A stretch of DNA of 64,000 nucleotides, taken from assembly GCA_965262985.1 (NCBI GenBank), contig OZ253576.1:132480-196479 (forward strand), written 5' to 3'. Within the stretch, counting starts at the first letter, position 1; each line of letters opens with the position of its first letter. Under the pieces are notes generated by a model. That model saw only the letters and a program-made list of their open reading frames with translations. It ran no database searches and was not told the DNA's origin. The translations under genes were made by a program, and so were the position numbers. Of this stretch, positions 1-9,217 are shown one piece after another. Source of the stretch: Vicinamibacterales bacterium. GTDB lineage: Bacteria; Acidobacteriota; Vicinamibacteria; Vicinamibacterales; UBA8438.

Positions 1-1
1 C

Positions 2-235
2 TACATCATCGAGCGCGCGACGATGGAAACGGTGACGGCGTTCGGTGACGGCGGCCGTCAGCCCGGCATGTTCTTCGCGGTGCACAGCATCGCGGTCGAC
101 TCCAGCGGGAACATCTACACGACCGAAACCTACGAGGGCTCGCGTCTGCAGAAGTTCACGTTCAAGGGTTACGGCCCGGTGCCCGCCGGTGCGGAAGGTG
201 AGAACAGCCAGGGCGTGCTCTGGCCCACGAACTGA
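2..235 (+). CDS. NHL-repeat / beta-propeller protein, C-terminal fragment (5' end outside the window)
   Basis: The reading frame is open from the window edge and ends at TGA 233-235. The peptide FFAVHSIAVDSSGNIYTTETYEGSRLQKF looks like a terminal NHL blade. Confidence 0.55.
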   Translation, partial: YIIERATMETVTAFGDGGRQPGMFFAVHSIAVDSSGNIYTTETYEGSRLQKFTFKGYGPVPAGAEGENSQGVLWPTN

Positions 236-262
236 CGCCTGCGTTTCGCTGACGTGTCTTGG

Positions 263-305
263 CGGCCGGCCCACCGTTCAACCGGTGGGCCGGCCGTTCG
301 TTCGT
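263..305 (+). terminator. Rho-independent terminator candidate
   Basis: A 14-bp GC stem pairs cggccggcccaccg (263-276) with cggtgggccggccg (283-296) around a 6-nt loop. It is followed by ttcgttcgt and lies 28 nt after the stop at 235. Confidence 0.6.
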
Positions 306-330
306 ACGGCGGCCCGCATGTGGACCGCGT

Positions 331-496
331 CTAGGAGCCCGTGGTGAAACCGCGCGTAGCACCGAGCGTGGCGAGGCGCCCGCGTGGCAAGGCGTGACGA
401 GGGAGCATATTGGGCATATGTGACCGAGGAACAACGCGGTCCAGGCGGGATGCATCGCCGCGCGAATGCCGCGGGGCTTTCACCACGGGCTCCTAG
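331..496 (+). mobile_element. Palindromic ~160-bp MITE-like element, full copy, L->R on the plus strand
   Basis: The ends are cTAggagcccgtggtgaaa ... tttcaccacgggctccTAg. The core is gggcatatgtgaccgaggaacaacgc. The copy is TA-flanked and homologous to the copies at 36978, 56664, 59829 and 62573. Confidence 0.85.
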
Positions 497-542
497 CCGC
501 GTGGTATCATCCGCGCGGTTTCATGCTGGGTTGGGAGGTGTC

Positions 543-989
543 ATGCGCCGCATTGGTTCACGGTATACAAGTCTGTTCGCCGTCTCTGTTGGTGTGCTGC
601 TCGCGGTGGGGGTCGGCCCGGCGACCGCCCAGGATCCACTGACCGAAGAGGACTACGGGCCCCTGATGACCGAGGTGCGGTTCGTCGTGGGTGACGCCGA
701 GCTGCACATCGATGCGAGCTACTGGCCTGACCTGGGTGAGGATCTGGACAAGCTGTTCCCGATTTTCAGGCAGATTGAGGCGTTCTGGTCGGCGCGCGGA
801 AATGACGGGGCCGTGGGATTGGCTCAGGATGCCATTGCCGCGATCAGGGAGATCGGGGAAGCGGGTATCGCGATGGAACAGGGCCCGGCGCGGGCCGGAA
901 TCAGGAACCTGCGGGCCGTCTGCAGCTCATGCCACGAGGCGCACCGTGAAGCGGATGGCGACGGCTATCGGATCAAGCCGGGCTCGTAA
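543..989 (+). CDS. Secreted class II (cytochrome c'-like) c-type cytochrome
   Basis: ATG 543 follows gggaggtg. It has a signal peptide (LFAVSVGVLLAVGVGPATAQ) and a single C-terminal CSSCH heme motif in a ~150-aa protein. The track ORF 384..989 extends upstream only through the MITE. Confidence 0.6.
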   Translation: MRRIGSRYTSLFAVSVGVLLAVGVGPATAQDPLTEEDYGPLMTEVRFVVGDAELHIDASYWPDLGEDLDKLFPIFRQIEAFWSARGNDGAVGLAQDAIAAIREIGEAGIAMEQGPARAGIRNLRAVCSSCHEAHREADGDGYRIKPGS

Positions 990-1181
990 CGGCAGGACAT
1001 GAGCGCTGCCGTTCGTGTGGCCGGAGCCGCGCGCGTGCATCGCACAGGTGACGTTGGATTGGGGACGGCGGCTCCGCGAGCCGACCGTCCCCTTTTTTTC
1101 GTCGGAGCGAACGGTGTAGGCTACGCCGATACACGTAACCGGGCATGGTGCCCGAACAGACACACAGGAAAGGGGTCTGCC

Positions 1182-1796
1182 ATGCGGAACGTCCACTGCA
1201 GACGGCGGTCGTCGGTAGTCGCCATCGTGCTGTTGAGCCTCGCCGCAAGCGCGGGTGCGCAGAGCCGCGCCCAGGGCGAGGTCACGGACGATTGGGGCAA
1301 CGCGCTTGCGGGCGCCACCGTTCTGGCCGAGCCGGACGGCGCGTCGGGCGGACCGCAGGAGACGACGACCGACGACAGCGGCGAGTTCCTGTTCGTCGGG
1401 CTGGCCACCGGCCGCTGGTCGTTCACGGCGACGATGAACGGATACCAGGGGATCCGGCAGATGAGCCAGGTCAGACAGCTCGCCAGCGGCCGTCCCATCG
1501 AGTTCGAACTGCCGGTGCTGGCGTCCGGCGGGCGGTTCCGCGAACGGACCGAATTCGAGGCCGAAGGGGGAACCCCCAGGTTCCGGTTCGAGGAGGATGG
1601 GAAGTTCGAGTTCGAAGATGCGAACGGCGAAGGCGAGGGCACCTACGGCATGGTGGAGGAGAGCGCCATCTTGATCGTCCGCGACTACGATGGACCGGAC
1701 GACAAGTTCAACATCGCCACCCCCCTGGTCCTGCAATTCGACAGCAGCCTGTTCAACAGTCTGACCCACGACGGCGTCCAGCTCTCGAAGAAGTAG
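1182..1796 (+). CDS. Carboxypeptidase-regulatory-like domain protein, secreted
   Basis: It has the signal peptide VVAIVLLSLAASAGAQS. The segment GEVTDDWGNALAGATVLAEP...TTDDSGEFLFVGLATGRWSFTATMNGYQ is typical of the CarboxypepD_reg fold. Confidence 0.6.
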   Translation: MRNVHCRRRSSVVAIVLLSLAASAGAQSRAQGEVTDDWGNALAGATVLAEPDGASGGPQETTTDDSGEFLFVGLATGRWSFTATMNGYQGIRQMSQVRQLASGRPIEFELPVLASGGRFRERTEFEAEGGTPRFRFEEDGKFEFEDANGEGEGTYGMVEESAILIVRDYDGPDDKFNIATPLVLQFDSSLFNSLTHDGVQLSKK

Positions 1797-1802
1797 ATCC
1801 TG

Positions 1803-3815
1803 ATGATGACACGCGCGGTCGTGTGCCGGTGGCGGCGAGTTCCGGTCTGGTTGCTGGCGGCTGCCTTGGCGGTGTCGACGCCGTCGGCCGCCGAGGTCGT
1901 ACGTATAGAGATCACCTCGCGTGAACCGTTCGGCGAGAGCGTCGATGCGAGGATCGGTCCCTACGAGCGGCTCCGCGGGCGGGTCGTGTACGCGCTCGAT
2001 CCCTCGCATGAGGCGAATGCCCGCATCGTCGATCTCGACCTGGCGGTGACCGATGGCGAGGGGCGCGTCCAGTTCTACGGCGACATCGAAATCATCGCAC
2101 CGGTGGACCGCGCGCAGGCCCAACCGACGCTGCTCTACGTCGTCAACAACCGCGGCCGCCGTACCTGGGGTGCCGAACCGTTCTTTCTCAGCCGCGGCTA
2201 CGTCACCGTCTCGAGCGGCTGGATTGCGCAGGTCCCCGTCTCCGGGGACGTGCTGCGGCTGGAGGCGCCGGTGGCGCTTGACCCGAAGGACCAGATACCG
2301 GTCGTCGGGCGTGTCCGCGCCGAGTTGACGACCGATGCCGCGACGGACCATCTTCCGGTGTCCAACCAGCTCGCCTACGAGCCCCTGCGCGGCAGTCTGG
2401 CGGAGGCGACATTGACTCGGCGCCTGCGCGAAGCGGATACCCGCGAGCCGATCGCCAGAGAGCATTGGCGGCTAAGCCTGCGCTACGACGGGCTGGACGA
2501 GGGGAGCGGTCTGGTCGAGCTCGATATGACGCTCGACGGGGGCTTCGAACCAGGTGTGCTGTACGAGTTGATCTACGAGGCGCGCGGATCGGTGGTGCAG
2601 GGGACCGGATTTGCCGCCATGCGCGACCTGGTGTCGTTCCTCAAGCATGACCGGTCCGACATGAATCCGTTGCGCGGCTCCGCTGGCGGCCCGCTGGCGG
2701 CCCGCGCCATCGGCCAGGGGTTGTCGCAGAGCGGCCGGGCGCTGCGGATGTTTCTCCATGAAGGGTTCAACGCGGACGAGCAGGGGCGGCAGGTGTTCGA
2801 CGGTCTGATGCCGACCATCGCAGGCGCCGGGCAAGGGTTCTTCAATCATCGGTTCGCCTCGCCGACCCGGGCGGCCACGCAGCACGGCGGCCACCTGTTC
2901 CCGGCCGACCTGTTTCCGTTCACCTATGGCGACGAGACCGACCCATTTACCGGGCGCACCGACGGGCTGCTGCGCCGCGCCCGCGCCAGCGGGACGACGC
3001 CGAAGGTGATGCATCTCGATACCTCGTCAGAGTACTGGCATCGTAGCGGTTCCCTTGTCGTCACCGACCCGCTGGGAACACGGGACACGGTCCTGCCACC
3101 AGAGGTGCGGGTCTACGTTGTCGGCGGCGCGCAGCACAGTCCCGCGGCGCGCCCGTCGGCACGCGGTCAACAACCGCTGAATCCGAACGACTACCGGCCG
3201 TTGCAGGAGGCGCTGTTCCTGGCGCTGGATCGCTGGCTGACCGACGGCGAGGCGCCGCCGCCCAGTGTGTACCCTCGCATCGCCGGCGGCACGCTGTCGC
3301 CATGGACCGGACAGGAGGCGGGTTGGCGGCCGCTGCCCGGCGTGACCTATCCGACCGTCATCCAGCAGCCGGAACATCTGGACTACGGACCGGCGTTCGA
3401 GACCGCGCGGCGCATTGACCGGCATCCGCCAGGGCGGACCGGCGATCGGTATGGCGTCAAGGTGCCGGCGCTCGACACCGACAACAACGAGCGCGGCGTG
3501 CTGCGGCTGCCCAGGGTGGCGGCGCCGGTGGCGACCTACACCGGCTGGAATCTGCGCAACCCGGCGATCGGCGCGCCCACCGAGTTGCTCGACCTGAACG
3601 GCAGCCGCCTTCCGTTTCCCGTGACCCGCGCGGACCGGGAGGCGACCGGCGATCCCCGGCCGGCGGTCAGAGAGCGCTACACCGGGTTCGCCAACTACCG
3701 GGCCAGCTATCTCGCCGCGGCGCAGCGCCTGATCGAGGGGCGGTATCTGCTGCCTGAGCATCTGCCCGGGCTCGTGGCGGTCGCCGACGGCTATCGGCCG
3801 CTGTTCGAGGAGTGA
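1803..3815 (+). CDS. Secreted uncharacterised protein, alpha/beta-hydrolase-domain-like
   Basis: This is a 670-aa ORF with a signal peptide. The N-terminal pattern VVRIEITSREPFG...GPYERLRGRVVYALDP...IVDLDL matches, from memory, a family annotated as alpha/beta hydrolase domain-containing. Confidence 0.55.
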   Translation: MMTRAVVCRWRRVPVWLLAAALAVSTPSAAEVVRIEITSREPFGESVDARIGPYERLRGRVVYALDPSHEANARIVDLDLAVTDGEGRVQFYGDIEIIAPVDRAQAQPTLLYVVNNRGRRTWGAEPFFLSRGYVTVSSGWIAQVPVSGDVLRLEAPVALDPKDQIPVVGRVRAELTTDAATDHLPVSNQLAYEPLRGSLAEATLTRRLREADTREPIAREHWRLSLRYDGLDEGSGLVELDMTLDGGFEPGVLYELIYEARGSVVQGTGFAAMRDLVSFLKHDRSDMNPLRGSAGGPLAARAIGQGLSQSGRALRMFLHEGFNADEQGRQVFDGLMPTIAGAGQGFFNHRFASPTRAATQHGGHLFPADLFPFTYGDETDPFTGRTDGLLRRARASGTTPKVMHLDTSSEYWHRSGSLVVTDPLGTRDTVLPPEVRVYVVGGAQHSPAARPSARGQQPLNPNDYRPLQEALFLALDRWLTDGEAPPPSVYPRIAGGTLSPWTGQEAGWRPLPGVTYPTVIQQPEHLDYGPAFETARRIDRHPPGRTGDRYGVKVPALDTDNNERGVLRLPRVAAPVATYTGWNLRNPAIGAPTELLDLNGSRLPFPVTRADREATGDPRPAVRERYTGFANYRASYLAAAQRLIEGRYLLPEHLPGLVAVADGYRPLFEE

Positions 3816-3817
3816 AC

Positions 3818-5146
3818 ATGATGACGGCACGCCCCCTCCGTTGCTCGCCGGCGCTCCCGGCCGCTCTGGTTCTGTGCATCCTGTTCGTCGGCTCTGCGGT
3901 CCGATCTCAGGAACTGCCGACCGCCCCGCCCCGGCAACTCGGGCTGGCGCCCGACCGGCTCGATCAGATCGGTCTGCTGGTGCAGGATGCCGTGGACCGG
4001 AAAGAGGTGTCCGGCGCGGTCACGCTTGTGGCGCGACTCGGTCGGGTGGGGCATCTCGACGCCGTGGGGTGGCGCGATCTCGAGCGCCGCGCGCCGATGG
4101 AGACGGACACGCTGTTCCGGATCGCGTCGATGACGAAGGCGGTCACCAGTGTCGCGGCGATGCAGCTCTACGAGTCTGGCGCGTTGATGCTGAGCGATCC
4201 GGTGTCCCGCTACCTGCCGGCGTTCGCCGACATGCAGGTGCTGACCCCGGCGGGCGGCGGCGGCGACGCGGGGTATGTGCTGGAGCCGCTGCGCCGGCCG
4301 ATCACCATTCGCCACCTGCTCACGCACACCTCGGGGCTCAGTTACCGGTTTCTCGCCCCGTCGCATCTGGCGCCCTTGTACATCGAGGCCGACATTACCG
4401 ACGGGCTGAGTCAGGCGGGCGGCACGATCGGCGAGATGGTCGACCGGTTGGCCCGGCTGCCGCTGCTGCACCAGCCGGGCGAGCAGTTCACCTACAGCCT
4501 GGGCGTGGACGTGCTTGGGCGCATCATCGAGGTGGTCAGCGGGCAGACGCTGGCCGAGTACATGACGGCCGAGATCTTCGATCCGCTCGGCATGGTCGAC
4601 ACGGCGTTTCACCGCGACCCCGCGGACGCCGGACGCTACGCCGCGATCTACACCCCGGGCGCCGGCGGGATCGAGAAGGTGCCTGACAGTCCGGTCACCA
4701 CCGCCGACGAGCGGCTGATCTACTCGGCCGGGTATCCCTACAGCGGGGAGCAGACCTACTATTCCGGAGGCGCCGGTCTGACGTCGACCATTTCAGACTA
4801 CGCCCGCTTCCTGCTGGCGCTGTTGAACGGGGGAGAACTCGACAGGGTGCGGGTGCTCGCGCGCCGCACCGTGCAACTGATGACGCGCGACCATCTCGCC
4901 GGCCTCGGTGTGCCGCCGGGCGTCCAGAAGTTCGGCCTGGGCTTCGCGATCTCGGATGATCCGGGCGTATCCGGCGGCCCCAGGTCGGAAGGGGCGTTCG
5001 GTTGGCTCGGGTTCTTCAACACCGTCTACTGGGTCGACCCCCAAGAGCAACTCGTGGCGATCATCATGACCCAACTGTACCCGAGACAGACATCGCAACT
5101 GACCGACAAGTTCGAGGTCGCGGTCTACAGCGCGATTCTGGACTGA
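3818..5146 (+). CDS. Serine hydrolase (beta-lactamase / transpeptidase fold)
   Basis: It carries the SxxK motif (IASMTKAVTS), a signal peptide, and GAGGAG 6 nt before ATG 3818. Confidence 0.85.
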   Translation: MMTARPLRCSPALPAALVLCILFVGSAVRSQELPTAPPRQLGLAPDRLDQIGLLVQDAVDRKEVSGAVTLVARLGRVGHLDAVGWRDLERRAPMETDTLFRIASMTKAVTSVAAMQLYESGALMLSDPVSRYLPAFADMQVLTPAGGGGDAGYVLEPLRRPITIRHLLTHTSGLSYRFLAPSHLAPLYIEADITDGLSQAGGTIGEMVDRLARLPLLHQPGEQFTYSLGVDVLGRIIEVVSGQTLAEYMTAEIFDPLGMVDTAFHRDPADAGRYAAIYTPGAGGIEKVPDSPVTTADERLIYSAGYPYSGEQTYYSGGAGLTSTISDYARFLLALLNGGELDRVRVLARRTVQLMTRDHLAGLGVPPGVQKFGLGFAISDDPGVSGGPRSEGAFGWLGFFNTVYWVDPQEQLVAIIMTQLYPRQTSQLTDKFEVAVYSAILD

Positions 5147-5179
5147 CCGCCCGTCGTGGACGTCCCGCTATCGCAGCCT

Positions 5180-5641
5180 CTACTGGATTGCGCGCAGCTC
5201 CACGTCGAACACGAGCGTCGAGTTGGGCGGGATCCCGGGGCGGCCGCCGCTGCCGTACCCCAGGTTGGCCGGAATCCAGAATCGGCGCTTCTCACCGACC
5301 ACCATCAACTGCACGCCCTCGGTCCAGCCGGCGATGACGCGGTCCAGCGGAAACGCGCTCGGTTGGCCGCGGGCGACCGAACTGTCGAACATGCTGCCGT
5401 CGGTGAGCCAGCCGGTGTAGTGCACCACGACATTGGACCGGGGACCGGGATGTTCCGTGCCGTCGCCTGCCTCCAACATCTTGTGCGCCAGCCCCGAAGC
5501 GGTCGTTTCGGCGTCAGCCGGCGGTGCAGCCACGTCCTCGGGGGCAGGGATGTTCTGGGCGGCGGCGGCCGTGGCGAAGCCCACCGCGGCCAGCGTCAGC
5601 GCCGCCACCCGGGTCGAGAATGATCGCGTCTGTGTCATCAT
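5180..5641 (-). CDS. FKBP-type peptidyl-prolyl cis-trans isomerase, secreted
   Basis: The start is ATGATG at 5641. The segments VVHYTGWLTDGSMFDSS, FPLDRVIAGWTEG and IPANLGYG are FKBP hallmarks. The rest of track ORF 5180..5923 is upstream read-through. Confidence 0.9.
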   Translation of the reverse strand: MMTQTRSFSTRVAALTLAAVGFATAAAAQNIPAPEDVAAPPADAETTASGLAHKMLEAGDGTEHPGPRSNVVVHYTGWLTDGSMFDSSVARGQPSAFPLDRVIAGWTEGVQLMVVGEKRRFWIPANLGYGSGGRPGIPPNSTLVFDVELRAIQ

Positions 5642-5679
5642 GCGCGGTATCTTATCCCAAGAGGCAATCCGGGGAGCGT

Positions 5680-7047
5680 GTGACTGTGTACGGACAAAAG
5701 GCAACGGCGGCGGTTCGGGTTGCGGTGGCGGCTGTATCTTTGGCGCTGGCGTGCGGGAGCGCCGCGCTGGCGCAATCGCCATCCGGTGCGGCCGGTTTCT
5801 GGCCCGAGTGGCGGGGGCCGCTCGGGACCGGCGTCGCGCCGCACGGCGACCCGCCGGTGTCATGGGACGAGTCGACCAACGTGCGCTGGAAAGTGGAGAC
5901 TCCGGGGCTCGGGTCGGCGACACCGGTCATCTGGGGCGACCGGCTGTTCCTGCTCAGCGCCGTACCGGTGGGGCAGCAGGTGGGGTCGTCCGGCGGTCTC
6001 TTCACCCGTTTTCGCCGGCGGATCACGGGAAGCACCGGCGCCTCGCAGGTGCAGCGGTTCGTGGTCATGGCGCTCGACCGCCGGGACGGCCGGGTGATCT
6101 GGGAACGCGTCGCGCGAGAGGAGTTGCCGCACGAAGGGATGCATCAGACCGGAACCTGGGCTTCGCCGTCGGCGGTGACCGACGGCGAGGTCGTGTGCGC
6201 GTTCTTCGGGTCGCGCGGGCTGTACTGCTACGACCTCGACGGCCGCCCCCTGTGGGAGACCGACCTGGGCGACATGCGTATCCGCCTGGGATTCGGAGAG
6301 GGTGCATCCCCGACGCTCTACCGCGACCTGCTCGTCGTGCTCTGGGACCACGAGGGCGAGTCGTTCATCGTGGCGTTCGACAAGCGTACTGGGCGTGAGC
6401 GCTGGCGGACGCCGCGGGACGAGATGACCTCCTGGAGCACGCCGCTGGTGGTTGAGGTGGAGGACGGCGCGCAGGTGGTGACCAGCGCCACCGGCGCCGT
6501 CCGGGCGTATGACGTCGAGACGGGGCGACAGGTGTGGCAGGACGAAGGGGTCACCATGAACGCCATCCCGTCGCCGGTCGCGGCGGACGGGGTCGTGTTC
6601 GTGACCAGCGGGTATCGCGGCAACCGGCTGGCCGCCATCGATCTCACCACCGCCAGGGGCGACATCAGCGGGTCTGCCGCCGTGCTCTGGTCGGTCGATC
6701 GCGATACCCCGTATGTGCCGTCCCCCGTGTTGCACGACGGTCGGCTGTATCTGATCAAGAGCAACAGCGGTATCTTGACGAGCCTGGAGGCCGGGACCGG
6801 ACGAATCGTCTACGGACCCGAACGGTTGCCGGGTGTCCGCAGCGTATATGCCTCGCCGGTCGTGGCGAACGACCGCGTCTACGTCACGAGCCGTGAGGGG
6901 ACGACACTCGTCCTGCGGGCCGGCCCCGACTTCGAAGTGCTGGCGACGAACGTGCTCGACGACGGGTTCGACGCCTCGCCGGCGATCGTCGATGGCGAGA
7001 TCTACCTGCGCGGGCGGCGGTTCCTCTACTGCATCGCGGCCGACTGA
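5680..7047 (+). CDS. PQQ-like (BamB-type) beta-propeller repeat protein, secreted
   Basis: It shows repeated propeller blades (GDRLFLLSA, DGRVIWE, DGRPLWE, TGRERWR, TGRQVWQ, DGRLYLI, GEIYLRG) and a signal peptide. The GTG start (5680 or 5686) is uncertain. Confidence 0.75.
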   Translation: MTVYGQKATAAVRVAVAAVSLALACGSAALAQSPSGAAGFWPEWRGPLGTGVAPHGDPPVSWDESTNVRWKVETPGLGSATPVIWGDRLFLLSAVPVGQQVGSSGGLFTRFRRRITGSTGASQVQRFVVMALDRRDGRVIWERVAREELPHEGMHQTGTWASPSAVTDGEVVCAFFGSRGLYCYDLDGRPLWETDLGDMRIRLGFGEGASPTLYRDLLVVLWDHEGESFIVAFDKRTGRERWRTPRDEMTSWSTPLVVEVEDGAQVVTSATGAVRAYDVETGRQVWQDEGVTMNAIPSPVAADGVVFVTSGYRGNRLAAIDLTTARGDISGSAAVLWSVDRDTPYVPSPVLHDGRLYLIKSNSGILTSLEAGTGRIVYGPERLPGVRSVYASPVVANDRVYVTSREGTTLVLRAGPDFEVLATNVLDDGFDASPAIVDGEIYLRGRRFLYCIAAD

Positions 7048-7135
7048 TCATTCGGCGCTCGGTCTGTCGTTCACCGTCACCGAACGAGCAGCCACGGCCA
7101 GCCTGCGCCGGCGGGCGAGGCCGGCCGGTGTCCGG

Positions 7136-7150
7136 CGCTATAATCAGCGC
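7136..7150 (+). promoter_or_regulatory. Putative -10 promoter element cgcTATAATcagcgc
   Basis: TATAAT at 7139-7144 lies 30 nt upstream of the GTG at 7174. The identical 15-mer recurs on the minus strand at 15529-15543, upstream of another gene. Confidence 0.45.
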
Positions 7151-7173
7151 TTGCATTTCAAGGTCAGCGACTC

Positions 7174-8460
7174 GTGAAAATCACCTACGTGACGGCCGGC
7201 GCGGGTGGGATGTACTGCGGCAGTTGCCTGCGCGACAACGCGCTCGCGGCGGCGTTGAGCCGGCGAGGGCACGACGTGACCCTGTTGCCGCTCTACACCC
7301 CGACCCGCACCGACGAGCAGAATGTCAGTCAGCGGCGGGTGTTCTTCGGCGGGATCAGCGTCTACCTCGAGCAGTCCTTGTCGCTCTTTCGAAAGACCCC
7401 CTGGCTGCTCGACCGGCTCTGGGAGGCGCCCTGGCTGCTCCGCGCGGTCGCCGGCCACGGCGTCCAGACCAGCCCGACCCGACTCGGGGCGCTGACGGTG
7501 TCGGTGCTCGAGGGGGCGCACGGCCACCAACGCAAGGAACTCGACAAGCTCGTGAACTGGCTGGCGAACCAGCCGCGTCCCGACGTGCTGGACATCTCCA
7601 ACTCGATGCTGATCGCGATCGCGGGTCCGTTGAAACAGGCGCTGGGATGCCCGATCAACTGCACCCTGCAGGGAGAGGACATCTTCATCGAGAGTCTGCT
7701 CGAGCCGTATCGAACGCGCGCCAAGGCGCTGATCCGGTCGCATCTGTCCGCGGTGGATTCGTTCGTGGCGGTGAGCGACTACTACGCGGCCCACATGACG
7801 CGGTATCTCGGCATCCCGGGCGCCAGGATGCATGTCGTACCGCTCGGTGTGAACACCGACAGTTTCGTGCCGCCGCCCAGCGCCCGCACTGCGCCGTTCA
7901 CGTTCGGCTACCTCGGCCGCATTGCGCCGGAAAAAGGGGTGCACCTGCTGGTGGACGCCTATCGCGACCTGCGGGCGCGCGGCGAGCTGGCGGGATGCCG
8001 AATCGAGCTGGCCGGGTACCTGGCGGGTGAGCATCAATCCTACTGGAGCTCGATCGAGCGCGAGGTGCAAGGCTGGGGGCTCGCTGACGAGATCCGGTAT
8101 CGCGGCGAGCTCGATCTGGACGCCAAAATCCGGTTCCTGCAAGCGCTCGACCTGTTCGTCGTGCCGGCGACCTACGACGACCCGAAAGGGATGTCGCTTC
8201 TCGAAGCAATGGCCTGCGGTGTGCCGGTCGTGGCGCCTCGCCGGGGCTCGTACACCGAGGTACTGGAACGTACCGGCGGTGGCGTGCTCGTGCCGCCGGA
8301 GCAGCTCGGGCAGCTCGAACTGACGCTGCAACAGCTCGCCGGCGATCACGTCCGGCTCGCGGAGCTGGGGCGACGAGCCGGTCTCGGTGTTCGCGAGCGG
8401 TACTCCACGGACGAGATGGCGGCCGCCGCGGTCGACGTCTACGAGCGTCTCGTGGCGTGA
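7174..8460 (+). CDS. Glycosyltransferase family 4
   Basis: The start is GTG. It has an MKITYV N-terminus and the C-terminal GT1/GT4 pattern FVVPATYDDPKGMSLLEAMACGVPVVA (E-x7-E region). Confidence 0.85.
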   Translation: MKITYVTAGAGGMYCGSCLRDNALAAALSRRGHDVTLLPLYTPTRTDEQNVSQRRVFFGGISVYLEQSLSLFRKTPWLLDRLWEAPWLLRAVAGHGVQTSPTRLGALTVSVLEGAHGHQRKELDKLVNWLANQPRPDVLDISNSMLIAIAGPLKQALGCPINCTLQGEDIFIESLLEPYRTRAKALIRSHLSAVDSFVAVSDYYAAHMTRYLGIPGARMHVVPLGVNTDSFVPPPSARTAPFTFGYLGRIAPEKGVHLLVDAYRDLRARGELAGCRIELAGYLAGEHQSYWSSIEREVQGWGLADEIRYRGELDLDAKIRFLQALDLFVVPATYDDPKGMSLLEAMACGVPVVAPRRGSYTEVLERTGGGVLVPPEQLGQLELTLQQLAGDHVRLAELGRRAGLGVRERYSTDEMAAAAVDVYERLVA

Positions 8461-9011
8461 GCGGATTCGACCGCCGCGGCGCAATGCTCCGCCCACGTCG
8501 GCATGACCCGATCGCGCCGGGACACGATCGGGTCGCTGATCGGCCAGGCGATGGCCAGCGCCGGGTCGTTCCAGAGGATGCCCTTTTCGCCATCCGGGTT
8601 GTACGGCGCATTGACCTTGTAGAGCATGTCGGCCGGGGTGTCGCCGAGCACGCAGAAGCCATGAGCGAACCCGGGCGGTACCCAGAGCAGCCTGCCGTTC
8701 ATGTCGCTGAGCTCGGTCGCGCAGGTCTGCCCGCAGGTGGTCGATGCGGGGCGAATGTCCACCACCACGTCCCAGATCCGCCCCCGCGTCACGCCCACCA
8801 GCTTGCCCTGGGCCGGCGTGCGCTGGTAGTGCAGACCGCGCACGACCCCTGGACAGGAGCGCGAGTGGTTGTCCTGGACGAAATCGACGGGCAGCCCAAT
8901 CTCCCGGAAGCGGGTGAGGTTGAATCGTTCGATGAAGAAGCCGCGCTCGTCGCCGTGTACGTCGAGTTCGATGAGCAACAGGCCCTCGAGCGGCAATGGG
9001 GTCGCTTTCAT
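8439..9011 (-). CDS. rfbC: dTDP-4-dehydrorhamnose 3,5-epimerase
   Basis: HGDERGFF, VQDNHSRS, VRGLHYQ and GFAHGF are RmlC signatures. The 3' end overlaps the convergent glycosyltransferase gene by 22 nt. Confidence 0.9.
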   Translation of the reverse strand: MKATPLPLEGLLLIELDVHGDERGFFIERFNLTRFREIGLPVDFVQDNHSRSCPGVVRGLHYQRTPAQGKLVGVTRGRIWDVVVDIRPASTTCGQTCATELSDMNGRLLWVPPGFAHGFCVLGDTPADMLYKVNAPYNPDGEKGILWNDPALAIAWPISDPIVSRRDRVMPTWAEHCAAAVESAHATRRS

Positions 9012-9217
9012 CCTGGTCAGGCCGGCGGGACGAGCTTGCCCCCTGCGGCAACTGAACGATCATAACGCACCGGCCTGCCGGGCCCGGGTGCCTTGACACC
9101 GCAGGGCGGTACAGGTCTGATCGGGGCCTGACGTCGGGGCGGAACGCCGGCGCGGAGGGTGATAGGATGGCCCGTCATCTCGAACAGCGTGTTTGCCCGT
9201 CAGGAACCGGAGGTTCC

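Noticed and set aside
384-542. I considered a possible small conserved protein encoded by the MITE. Several copies translate to similar peptides, for example ARRDEGAYWAYVTEEQRGPGGMHRRANAAGLSPRAP.
   Set aside because: The similarity only reflects nucleotide conservation. Copy 59829 shifts frame in the middle (ANWGICDRGATPP versus AYWAYVTEEQRGP). The copies occur in both orientations, have no consistent start or stop, and are palindromic.
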